In this document: in pieces, positions 1-8,163 of the stretch
Position numbering within the stretch: position 1 is the stretch's first letter
How the letters are laid out: every line of letters starts with the position of its first letter
Assembly: GCF_003231495.1 (NCBI RefSeq)
Contig: NZ_PQWO01000015.1
Span: 1 to 32,000, forward strand
From: Acaryochloris thomasi RCC1774
GTDB taxonomy: Bacteria; Cyanobacteriota; Cyanobacteriia; Thermosynechococcales; Thermosynechococcaceae
DNA length: 32,000 bases
Reading direction: 5' to 3'
Notes under the pieces: generated by a model
What the model saw: only the letters and a program-made list of their open reading frames with translations
Database searches by the model: none
Told to the model about the DNA's origin: nothing
Made by a program: the position numbers and the translations under genes

Positions 1-120
1 ATGCGCCAGCGAGTCTCTCGCCTAGTGCGTAAGACCCTGTCGTTTTCAAAAAAGATTGCTAATCATATTGGTGCTATCTGGATGTTTGTACACCACTACA
101 ATGAATCCTTACACGACTAG
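1..120 (+). mobile_element. IS1-family transposase, 3'-terminal fragment (window starts inside the element)
   Basis: Frame +1 is open from base 1 to TAG at 118-120: (M)RQRVSRLVRKTLSFSKKIANHIGAIWMFVHHYNESLHD*. The RL-x-RK-[ST]-L-[SC]-FSK ... H-x-Y-N tail matches the conserved C-terminus of IS1 InsB-type DDE transposases (compare E. coli InsB ...[32 protein letters not shown], from memory). It is too short to appear in the ORF track. Confidence 0.55.
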
Positions 121-122
121 GA

Positions 123-1109
123 CTACCCCGGGCTGAATCCCTGTATAATCTCCGGCATTCCACCCACAGGTGTACATAGAACAGGCGTCCCAGAAGCCAA
201 GGACTCTAGCACCACTAGACCAAACCCCTCCAAGGCCTGACTCGGGATCACCGTTAGATCCGCAGCTTGATAGGCCATAGGCAACTGCGCCTCCGGCAGA
301 AAGCCCAAAAATTTCACCGTGTCCTGGAGGCCCAATTCTGTCACCTGTGCCTCCAACTCAGCTCGCTGTGGTCCCTTGCCCGCAATCGCCAGCCAGACAT
401 CGGGTACTTTTGCCTTGACAGCAGCAATAGCCTGCAGCAGGTTATCGACCCCCATCCGGCGGACCAAGCGTCGAGGCGTAAACAGAATTTGACGATCCAG
501 AGGCCATCCCAGGACTTCCCTCGCCTGACCTCGAGATAGGTTCATCTGGAAGCGTTGGGTATCGACGCCGCCAGGAATTTTGTGGATTTTCTCCCGTGAG
601 ACACCATAATGCTGATGCAGAATCTCTCCAAACGCTTGGCTCAACACAATAAAGCGATCGCACCGTTGATAAACGCGACCCTCGATCCAGCCTTTAAACC
701 GCACCCCAAGCTGGCTGCTCTTCTCTAGCTGACTTTCCAAGGCCCAAGGCCCGTGAAACGTGCAGGTAATCGGCACATCTGGCAAATCTCTCAAGATCGG
801 GAACCCATAGAGGGCAAAATGTAGGTTAACGGCCTCTGGCTGAGTAATCTGACGATCTAAGAAGCCTTGTCGAGCCGTCCACAGCCGAGGAATAAATGAC
901 TGTTCTGGATCACAGAGATTCGTCAATTTAACGCCAGGGAGCGTAGCCCCCTCCGGTATACCCACGCCGCAGAGTTCAACAGCATCAGCATCAGCAAGAT
1001 GACGTGCTAAATCGTAGACATAGCGCTCGATCCCCCCCGGATTGTCAGGGAACCAACCCGAGCCAACGTTGACGACGCCTGCACTCCTAGGTGACCCCGC
1101 CGATATCAT
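123..1109 (-). CDS. Glycosyltransferase family 4 (GT-B fold), apparently 3'-truncated at the IS junction (possible pseudogene)
   Basis: The GT4 C-terminal domain motif 'EGFGLVVLESLASGTPVLCTPVGGMPEII' is present. The ORF stops right after '...QGFSPG', where GT4 enzymes normally continue for some tens of residues. The stop (123-125) lies 3 nt from the transposase stop. The likely start is ATG 1107-1109, which forms an ATGA overlap with the upstream gene's stop; the tracked ORF extends to 1124. Confidence 0.7.
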   Translation of the reverse strand: MISAGSPRSAGVVNVGSGWFPDNPGGIERYVYDLARHLADADAVELCGVGIPEGATLPGVKLTNLCDPEQSFIPRLWTARQGFLDRQITQPEAVNLHFALYGFPILRDLPDVPITCTFHGPWALESQLEKSSQLGVRFKGWIEGRVYQRCDRFIVLSQAFGEILHQHYGVSREKIHKIPGGVDTQRFQMNLSRGQAREVLGWPLDRQILFTPRRLVRRMGVDNLLQAIAAVKAKVPDVWLAIAGKGPQRAELEAQVTELGLQDTVKFLGFLPEAQLPMAYQAADLTVIPSQALEGFGLVVLESLASGTPVLCTPVGGMPEIIQGFSPG

Positions 1110-1936
1110 GGGGCAACTCCCCAACGATGCAGAACATCAAAACCGTAATCAGTCTCTAGGCGCTCCAAATCTGGCCTTAACTTAATCCACAGATCAGACC
1201 TCTGTTTTTCAGAAAGGCACACATCAAACGTCTGAGGATTTGCAAGGGGACGATACAGCTTTTCTTTCATAGTGCTAGGTATGAGCCCCGAGAGTGCGTT
1301 GACCGCTGGAACACGGTATAGCTTTTTAACCCATGGATGAAGCTTCAAACTCGGATCTTCTCGACTATTACGCACTTCTGCCGTCGTTTGAAAATGATAG
1401 TCAGCATCAATGCCTAGAAACCCACACAGGCGCCGCAGCTCAGGGACAGGCTCCTGCTTTAGGTCTTCCAGCAGCAGGAGATGCAGACGGTCTCGACCGA
1501 ATGCTTCGGCGAAAGCATCAAGCTGCATTGCATACTTCGAAAAGGCAACCTGTTCCTCCGTCACCACCGGTTCTTTCAACACACCATCGGCCAGTTCATG
1601 CTGCATTTGCGATTGAATGCGATCAACCGGATTTCGCATGATGTAGATAAAGCGGAATTCAGCCCCCTCCACCTGAGCAATGCGTTTCACCACATCTAGA
1701 TACCTTGGATACATCGTGTACCCTGTCGATGCCTCTAGCGCAATCCGGTGTTCCGGCTGCCACTGCCACAGATCTCGGTACTGCTGCAGTCCCTGGTGAT
1801 AGCGTCGATCGTCACAGAAAAAAAAGGGTTCTTTGTTGCGACTGGGTGAAACTTGAGGATGCTCTGCCAGGTAGTGAAACAAGCTTGTGGTGCCGCACTT
1901 CATTGCACCAATAATTAGGGCAAATGTTTTGATCAT
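1106..1936 (-). CDS. PAPS-dependent sulfotransferase family protein
   Basis: 276 aa. It has an N-terminal 5'-PSB-type loop 'IIGAMKCGTTSLFHYL' and a 3'-PB-type motif 'IYIMRNPVDRIQSQ', both hallmarks of sulfotransferase domains. Confidence 0.85.
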   Translation of the reverse strand: MIKTFALIIGAMKCGTTSLFHYLAEHPQVSPSRNKEPFFFCDDRRYHQGLQQYRDLWQWQPEHRIALEASTGYTMYPRYLDVVKRIAQVEGAEFRFIYIMRNPVDRIQSQMQHELADGVLKEPVVTEEQVAFSKYAMQLDAFAEAFGRDRLHLLLLEDLKQEPVPELRRLCGFLGIDADYHFQTTAEVRNSREDPSLKLHPWVKKLYRVPAVNALSGLIPSTMKEKLYRPLANPQTFDVCLSEKQRSDLWIKLRPDLERLETDYGFDVLHRWGVAP

Positions 1937-1997
1937 AGAGATGAGGGCATAGGAAAGCTAAATTTCAAATATTGAGTCCACGGGTTGCCAGCGGCCG

Positions 1998-2795
1998 TCA
2001 ACATTCAGAACCCAATAGCAGCTTAATATACTCGCTGTAAATCGCATCTGCATCTGCTAGTAGCCTAATATTTTGTGGTTGCCCCAGCTCCTGCTTTTTA
2101 GCTTTCTTAAAGGGTTTGCGCCGTTCTAGCTCTGCAGCATTGTGAGTTCTAGGCTTAATGGTCTGATTAACCGTCTCAACATTAATGATGTCAAAATGCC
2201 TGTCAAACCTTTGATTAAGAATGCTCACCAACTGATCTAACTGCTGCGTGGTTTGCTCAAAGGTACTCACCACACAGGAGGGAGCATAGGGCAAAAGCTT
2301 CTCATAAAAGCCAATATAACCCTTTAAGCCTTGACAAACCGAAAGATGGGGCCAACGACTCGTCAATGAGATCACGGTGTCTGCTGGTTCACGAATCGTC
2401 AACCAAACCGGTACCTGATGCTTCACCGCCTTCATCACCTGCACCGGAGAATGGAGGTGATGGGCGAGACGGACCGGCTGTGTTTGGCAGAGCTGAAAGG
2501 CCTCCGTCGCAAAGCTATTTGCAGAGCCTTGAAAACCATCAATCACCAGCTCAGTCTCTGCCGTCACCTGACATTCTTCAGGATTGAGTCCCTTAGTTTG
2601 ACGCTTAAACTTTGACCACCAAAGATAAGGCTGATAAAACATCCACAGCGATGGCTCCCTCGCCACTAATGAGTACAGCGAGAAGCTTTGCTGCCGAGGC
2701 TTATTCATCAGAGAACTTTGCTGCAGCTTAAGGAGCGATTGATTGATAGCGGCGGGGATCAACGTGGGTTCCTCGTAGGGGCGATTGGGTGGCAT
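1998..2795 (-). CDS. Hypothetical protein, possibly a second, divergent sulfotransferase
   Basis: 265-aa ORF co-oriented in the glycan locus. 'IDGFQGSANSFATEAF' sits where a degenerate PAPS-binding loop would be, and 'LTIREPADTVISLTSR' resembles the R-x-P-x-D-x3-S 3'-PB motif. The function is inferred from motif resemblance only. Confidence 0.45.
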   Translation of the reverse strand: MPPNRPYEEPTLIPAAINQSLLKLQQSSLMNKPRQQSFSLYSLVAREPSLWMFYQPYLWWSKFKRQTKGLNPEECQVTAETELVIDGFQGSANSFATEAFQLCQTQPVRLAHHLHSPVQVMKAVKHQVPVWLTIREPADTVISLTSRWPHLSVCQGLKGYIGFYEKLLPYAPSCVVSTFEQTTQQLDQLVSILNQRFDRHFDIINVETVNQTIKPRTHNAAELERRKPFKKAKKQELGQPQNIRLLADADAIYSEYIKLLLGSEC

Positions 2796-2944
2796 GAATT
2801 TGAATAACGTTGAGGGTATCTCTAAACAGTCATAACCGATATAGATTGATCATCCAAGGACAGAAGTAGACTGCCGTCAGGCTTTGGTCTGATTGAAATT
2901 ACTCCAGCCTCAGAAAGGCATCCAGCTTCGCCCTAGATTAGCGC

Positions 2945-4108
2945 TTAAACGTTCTGTTCCCCACTCGTTGACTGACGATCTTGCAAGGCATTTTTATACA
3001 GCGTTAGTCTATGTTCGGCAGTGCGCTGCCAGCTAAATCTCTGAGCCGTACGATAGGCATTAGCACGCAGTTCTACCAGAAAGGGCAAATCTGACAATAG
3101 TTTTTCTAAACCAGCTTCAATGGCCGCCTGATCACGAATAGGTACGACAATAGCGTCATACCCATCTTTAACAATTTCTAGTGGCCCAGCCGTTTCAGTC
3201 GTAATAGGAGCCAAGCCACAGGCCATTGCTTCGACCAGACCTTTACCAAAGGCCTCCGATAAGGAGGGGAAAAGTTGAATATGGTGATCTTCAAGAAGAG
3301 AAGGGAGATCAGCATGTTCAAAGTGGGGGAGCACGGTGATGCGATCGCGTACACCAACTTCAAAGTCATCCAATACTTTGCTCTCAGAACAGCCCGTGCC
3401 CAAGAAACTCACGCGCACCTGTGGATAGCGCTTCAAAATATTATTGAGGGCCGGGACACTATACTGAATACCTTTGCGGGTAATATAGGTGCCAACAAGT
3501 GCGATCGCAACGCCTTGATGCTCAGCCTCCGTCATCGGCAACAACGGCAATCCTAAGAAAGACTCAGGAATACCGTTAGCCACAATATGAACATGCGATT
3601 CTGAGACACCCAACTGTTGAACAACGCATTCTGCCTCTAAATGATTCAGCAGCAACACCAAATCAGACCTTCGCAGTGAGATCGCAACCTCTAGGAGCTG
3701 CAAACTGCCCCGATATAGAGGGTATTGCCAACTTAGCTTCAGCGATCCCCTTCGCTGCTCTTCCAGGCGATCTAAATGAATCAGCTGCTCAAGATAATGA
3801 CTACGAGTACTCAATAGAGGCCGACGACGCTCTCCCCGGAGAAACAGTGCCCACCACCAAACATCCCCCGTAGAGGCATCTACAACATCAATAAAGCCTC
3901 TACGAAGACAGGCCACTAGATGTACCGCAAGATACCCAGGAAAGACAACCTCCTTCAACCTATCAGGCATCCACTGAGGTAAGTCATTAAAAGAGTAGTA
4001 GGTGACATCATGCCCCAGCGACAGATAATGCTGTCCCAGCTGAAAAGTACTACCAGCCGCACCCGCATTAGGAGTGAGACGCTCATGTATTGTCAAAAGG
4101 ATTTTCAT
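2945..4108 (-). CDS. Glycosyltransferase family 4
   Basis: GT-B C-terminal signature 'FPSLSEAFGKGLVEAMACGLAPITTETAGPLEIVKDGYDAIVVP'. The tracked ORF begins TTG-TTG-ATG, and ATG at 4106-4108 (MKILLTIHE...) is the likely start. Confidence 0.9.
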   Translation of the reverse strand: MKILLTIHERLTPNAGAAGSTFQLGQHYLSLGHDVTYYSFNDLPQWMPDRLKEVVFPGYLAVHLVACLRRGFIDVVDASTGDVWWWALFLRGERRRPLLSTRSHYLEQLIHLDRLEEQRRGSLKLSWQYPLYRGSLQLLEVAISLRRSDLVLLLNHLEAECVVQQLGVSESHVHIVANGIPESFLGLPLLPMTEAEHQGVAIALVGTYITRKGIQYSVPALNNILKRYPQVRVSFLGTGCSESKVLDDFEVGVRDRITVLPHFEHADLPSLLEDHHIQLFPSLSEAFGKGLVEAMACGLAPITTETAGPLEIVKDGYDAIVVPIRDQAAIEAGLEKLLSDLPFLVELRANAYRTAQRFSWQRTAEHRLTLYKNALQDRQSTSGEQNV

Positions 4109-4201
4109 CAACAAAGTTTCGAGTCAGGACAACTGAAGCACATATCCTCTTAGAGATTCATCAAAAAAGATCAATACTATTTCAATCAAACAGAAAGCCC
4201 A

Positions 4202-5629
4202 CTATTGACTCAACTCAGACTCAACACCTTCAAGAATCCCTCGATAGTAAGCATTAGCAGCAAGAGAAATACCCGCAAACCCCCAAAAAACCATCGCCAA
4301 AGTAGAAATAAAAATCAAGTTAAGACCAACTTGAAAAAACAGACCAATAGCAATGGCCCTAGATGCGCTTGCAAAATCATCATTCTGTGATTTTTTTTCT
4401 GAGAACACCTTCCACAGAAGCAAGTAGATTCCGGCAGCAAAAAAAGTAATGCCGATCCAACCTAGCCAAAACATCATCGGCAAAATTGCTCCATCAAAGG
4501 TTGAGATTTTAGTCAGTCGGCTCAGATCAAAGCCAACGCCCCTACCAATCACTTCTTTGATTGCCTCACCAAACAAAGCATTATAGGCAGCCCGCCTTAC
4601 ACCAATACTATTGTCACCAGAGAGATCCGTTAAGCTGCCAAGTCGCTCAGTAATGAAGCCAGAGAAAGGCTCCGTCAAACTTAAGGGGATCATCACAGCA
4701 ATAGAGACAGAGATCAAAAGGATAATTCGGACCTGCCGCTGAGGTTTCAACGATGGCAGAAAGATAGCCATACTGATCAGCCAACTAACCCATCCCGCGC
4801 GTGCTCGGGATAGCAGAAAATTCAAATAGCCAAAAATAGAAGCGATAAAAGGTAGGGACTTTCCAGCATGGCATAGCATCAGCAGGAGTCCTGGAAATAT
4901 GAGACCTGCAAATTGCTGACGTCCCTCTGCCGTGCTGAAAAGGCCAAAAGCGGAATTGACTCCCTGAGAAACCTCATTCTCTTTTTCAATATGTAGCAAA
5001 TAGAGTTGATCCCATTGTGGCAAGATCAGCCTTTGAAATATCCCATAGACACCCATAACAATGAGGCCCCATAGGAAAACACTCAAGAACACTTTTCTAT
5101 ACTTAGGATAGTTTGGCGAGTCAAGAAACAAGTGAAACCCAAAGAATATAGGCCCTAACAGCTTTAATGTTCCGTAGGTATTTGCATTCAATGGATTTCC
5201 CTGTATAGTCCCAACAATAAACGCATAGACAACGCTAGAGATGCAGAGCAGAAAAGGTAAAGCTTTCTTGTCATACAGATAAGGCAGATAGCGAAAAAAT
5301 GTAATTGCACTCACCCAAGTTACTAAAAGAGGCGTTAGGACAAAATCGCCAGGCGTCAATCCTCCTTCTCTAAAGTCAATGAGGCGGCGAACGAAGGGTC
5401 CAATAAACCATAGCCACCAAGTAAAGCCGACATAGTAGTGCGGCATTCTAAAGTAAAAAAAGCACGCTATATATAAAGATCCAACCGGGAATAAGAGAGC
5501 TGCAGCTTTGCCAACACCTGCGGCCAGGGAAAGCCCCATCAAACCAACAAAACCGACAATCAATATCCAAGACTTTTTAAAGTCAGGGGAAGTGGAGGCT
5601 ATAGAAGGATTAGCAGTACGAACAAACAT
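4202..5629 (-). CDS. O-antigen ligase/polymerase-like (Wzy-type) polytopic membrane protein
   Basis: 475 aa, hydrophobic almost throughout (about 10 or more predicted helices) with one larger hydrophilic loop (…HIEKENEVSQGVNSAFGLFSTAEGRQQ…). It lies between glycosyltransferase genes. The call rests on topology and context, not on a diagnostic motif. Confidence 0.65.
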   Translation of the reverse strand: MFVRTANPSIASTSPDFKKSWILIVGFVGLMGLSLAAGVGKAAALLFPVGSLYIACFFYFRMPHYYVGFTWWLWFIGPFVRRLIDFREGGLTPGDFVLTPLLVTWVSAITFFRYLPYLYDKKALPFLLCISSVVYAFIVGTIQGNPLNANTYGTLKLLGPIFFGFHLFLDSPNYPKYRKVFLSVFLWGLIVMGVYGIFQRLILPQWDQLYLLHIEKENEVSQGVNSAFGLFSTAEGRQQFAGLIFPGLLLMLCHAGKSLPFIASIFGYLNFLLSRARAGWVSWLISMAIFLPSLKPQRQVRIILLISVSIAVMIPLSLTEPFSGFITERLGSLTDLSGDNSIGVRRAAYNALFGEAIKEVIGRGVGFDLSRLTKISTFDGAILPMMFWLGWIGITFFAAGIYLLLWKVFSEKKSQNDDFASASRAIAIGLFFQVGLNLIFISTLAMVFWGFAGISLAANAYYRGILEGVESELSQ

Positions 5630-5864
5630 AATTCAATCAACAAAAGGCTTGCAGGTGGGTAGGCCAAATTAAATTCAAGGCTTCCAGGAGTGGCTATCTA
5701 AACATTTATAAATTTCGCAGAGAAAATCTCATAAATCCGCTTTTATTTATCCAAAATTCAAAGACTTTATCATTACCTCCAAAGTCTTCAATCATTTATT
5801 TTATTGGCATTCTGGCATTCAAGCGAGACCAAAACAGAGCATAAATTTTTAATAAATTGACTAT

Positions 5865-7115
5865 CTAAGCACCTTTAGACATCTGAACTTTTCTATAAAT
5901 ATCTAGCAGTTGCTGATTTAGATCGGTGATATCAAAGTTCTCTTCTACATACTTCCTCCCAACGTGGCCCATTTCTGCCCAGCTTCCTGGATTCTCAATC
6001 AAATACATAAGTCGATCAACCAGCGCTGTAACATCACGTTCGGGAACCAGAAAAGCTGACCTTCCCTGGATAACGCTGTCTGGAAAACCATTATGCAATG
6101 TGGCGACGACCGGTAAGCCCATGGCCTGTGCTTCTTGCAAAACAAGACCTTGCCCCTCCCTATCCTGGTTTGCAGCAGTTACGCTCGCTAAGACAAAGAT
6201 ATGAGCTTGCTCATAGTATTTCTGCACCTCCTCCTTCGTCTTCCAGCCCAGTAAATGTACAGAGTCCTGTAGACGAAGTTCAACAATAAGTTGTTGAAGC
6301 CGACGGAGGAGAGGGCCGTCTCCGACAATCTCATACTGGATATTAGGATACTTTTCAATAACTTTAGAGACAGCTCTAATTGAATACTCAATGCCTTTTT
6401 TCTCGACCAGACGCGCAACCGTTAGCAGCCGAATGGGAGCATTCTCCTGAGAAACCTCACGTTCTCGGAAAGAATAAAGTGAGACGTCAAGACCAACAGG
6501 CAAACGTACAATCTTATCTGCAGCACAGTGCAGATCCATCAGCTTCTCAATTGTGAACTGTGAGTTAGCTGTGATGACATTTGCTTTTTGAAAAAGCTCT
6601 TTGTATACATCACTACCACTGAGTGCGGGAATCACATTGACGTCATAACCGTGGAAAGATGTGACAATCTGACCTGCAACAGCTCCAATCTCCCTGAGCT
6701 TAACGCCCATCGCACCAACGTGCCCATGATGACAGTGAACAATATCGTAATGATGATCCTCTCTACTTACAAAGGGAATTGCCCGATAGAACAACCTCAT
6801 TGAAGCCGCAAGCTCACCATGCCTATATATATTCAGTGCTTCAAGCAAAGGACGGAGTCTTGTATTGGTACTGCGAAAGAGCAGAGGCAACACACCCAGA
6901 GCTCTCGCAACCCAGTTTTTCGGAACAGTCGGGTAATAGAAAATACATTTTTGTAGCTCATACCTATCGATATCTCCGTGCTTCTTGACGACCTTAGATG
7001 GGCACTCAGCATAAATATCAACCTGATGACCACAATCAATTAAAGCTGTGATTTGGCTGAGGATAAACGTTTCCGATACGCTAGGAAACTCTCCGATTAG
7101 AAATGCAATTCTCAT
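5865..7115 (-). CDS. Glycosyltransferase family 4
   Basis: Signature 'REGQGLVLQEAQAMGLPVVATLHNGFPDSVIQGRSAFLVPERD'. The likely start is ATG 7113-7115 (MRIAFLIGEFP...). The tracked ORF extends to 7157, which would overlap the upstream gene by 29 nt. Confidence 0.9.
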   Translation of the reverse strand: MRIAFLIGEFPSVSETFILSQITALIDCGHQVDIYAECPSKVVKKHGDIDRYELQKCIFYYPTVPKNWVARALGVLPLLFRSTNTRLRPLLEALNIYRHGELAASMRLFYRAIPFVSREDHHYDIVHCHHGHVGAMGVKLREIGAVAGQIVTSFHGYDVNVIPALSGSDVYKELFQKANVITANSQFTIEKLMDLHCAADKIVRLPVGLDVSLYSFREREVSQENAPIRLLTVARLVEKKGIEYSIRAVSKVIEKYPNIQYEIVGDGPLLRRLQQLIVELRLQDSVHLLGWKTKEEVQKYYEQAHIFVLASVTAANQDREGQGLVLQEAQAMGLPVVATLHNGFPDSVIQGRSAFLVPERDVTALVDRLMYLIENPGSWAEMGHVGRKYVEENFDITDLNQQLLDIYRKVQMSKGA

Positions 7116-7128
7116 TATGAATGACAAA

Positions 7129-7869
7129 CTATGCGATTGAAGCGATCTTCTCGGCAACTAGACAATATCCTAGAGGAAATTTGTGTGATGTTTTATCTGA
7201 GCGTCTTCGGCCCATGTGAGATTTGATCAAGGCTTTGCTTAATCTGAAGTGAAGGGACGATAGGATGGAAGAGCCGACTAGCTGTTTAGCCATAATATCT
7301 AGAATCACCTCTAGAGCACCACCATATGCATCTAGCAATAAAATATTCAGATTATTCTCTTCACAAAACATCCTCAGCGAAAATTCTGTGTATCGAAAAT
7401 AGTCATAGGGGGTTTCGTGGAGCCAATAAAAGAAAGGGACGGTCAAGATAAGTTTTCCCTTTGGCTTCAAAACTCTGGCTATTTCGCGCATGACTAACTG
7501 CGGATTTGAAATGTGCTCTAGCACATCTGTCATGAGAACCGTATCAAATCGCGAGTCACTCAAGGGTATACCCTCATTGAGATTGACCGCATGATCGAGA
7601 TACATCTTTTGATGTAGGCTATCGGCCCAATCAATACAGATGTTATCCGTCACCAAGTTCTTATACATCTGGTAGAGCGGAACATCACCACAACCGAGAT
7701 CTAGCAGGACACCGCTTGCGTGCTTTTCAATCAGCTCCTGATAGACGCTAACCTGAATGGAGGCAATGAAACGAGAGCCAATGGCCACTTGTTTCGGATC
7801 CATTGATAAGCTATACCCTTCGCTGGACTGGATGAATTTAGTTTCACTCCATAATTCCTTATTGATCAT
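7129..7869 (-). CDS. Class I SAM-dependent methyltransferase
   Basis: Motif I 'GVLLDLGCGDVPLY', 'DTVLMTDVLEHI' and 'LKPKGKLILTVP'. The likely start is ATG 7867-7869 (MINKELW...); the tracked ORF extends to 7932. Confidence 0.85.
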   Translation of the reverse strand: MINKELWSETKFIQSSEGYSLSMDPKQVAIGSRFIASIQVSVYQELIEKHASGVLLDLGCGDVPLYQMYKNLVTDNICIDWADSLHQKMYLDHAVNLNEGIPLSDSRFDTVLMTDVLEHISNPQLVMREIARVLKPKGKLILTVPFFYWLHETPYDYFRYTEFSLRMFCEENNLNILLLDAYGGALEVILDIMAKQLVGSSILSSLHFRLSKALIKSHMGRRRSDKTSHKFPLGYCLVAEKIASIA

Positions 7870-8163
7870 AAAAGCCGCATTTGGTGGACCACCTTGAATA
7901 AAACATAAGAGCCTCAACTGATGACCACGCAATTATCACGCAGAACGTCATGACTCCCACTAGTCTACAAGGTCAAACAGGAAACAATCAGGGTAGACTC
8001 AACAACCGATGTCTCGTAGCGATATCCTTCAGCATCAGTCAATGGTTACCACTGAAATAAGGGTCACATCGCTGCAGAGAAAGCTCTTTGAGCCTTTTTG
8101 CACTATTGTCTCAATCTCAAGCTCGAAATAGGCTTTTCACAAAGATAGGCACAAGTTATGAGG

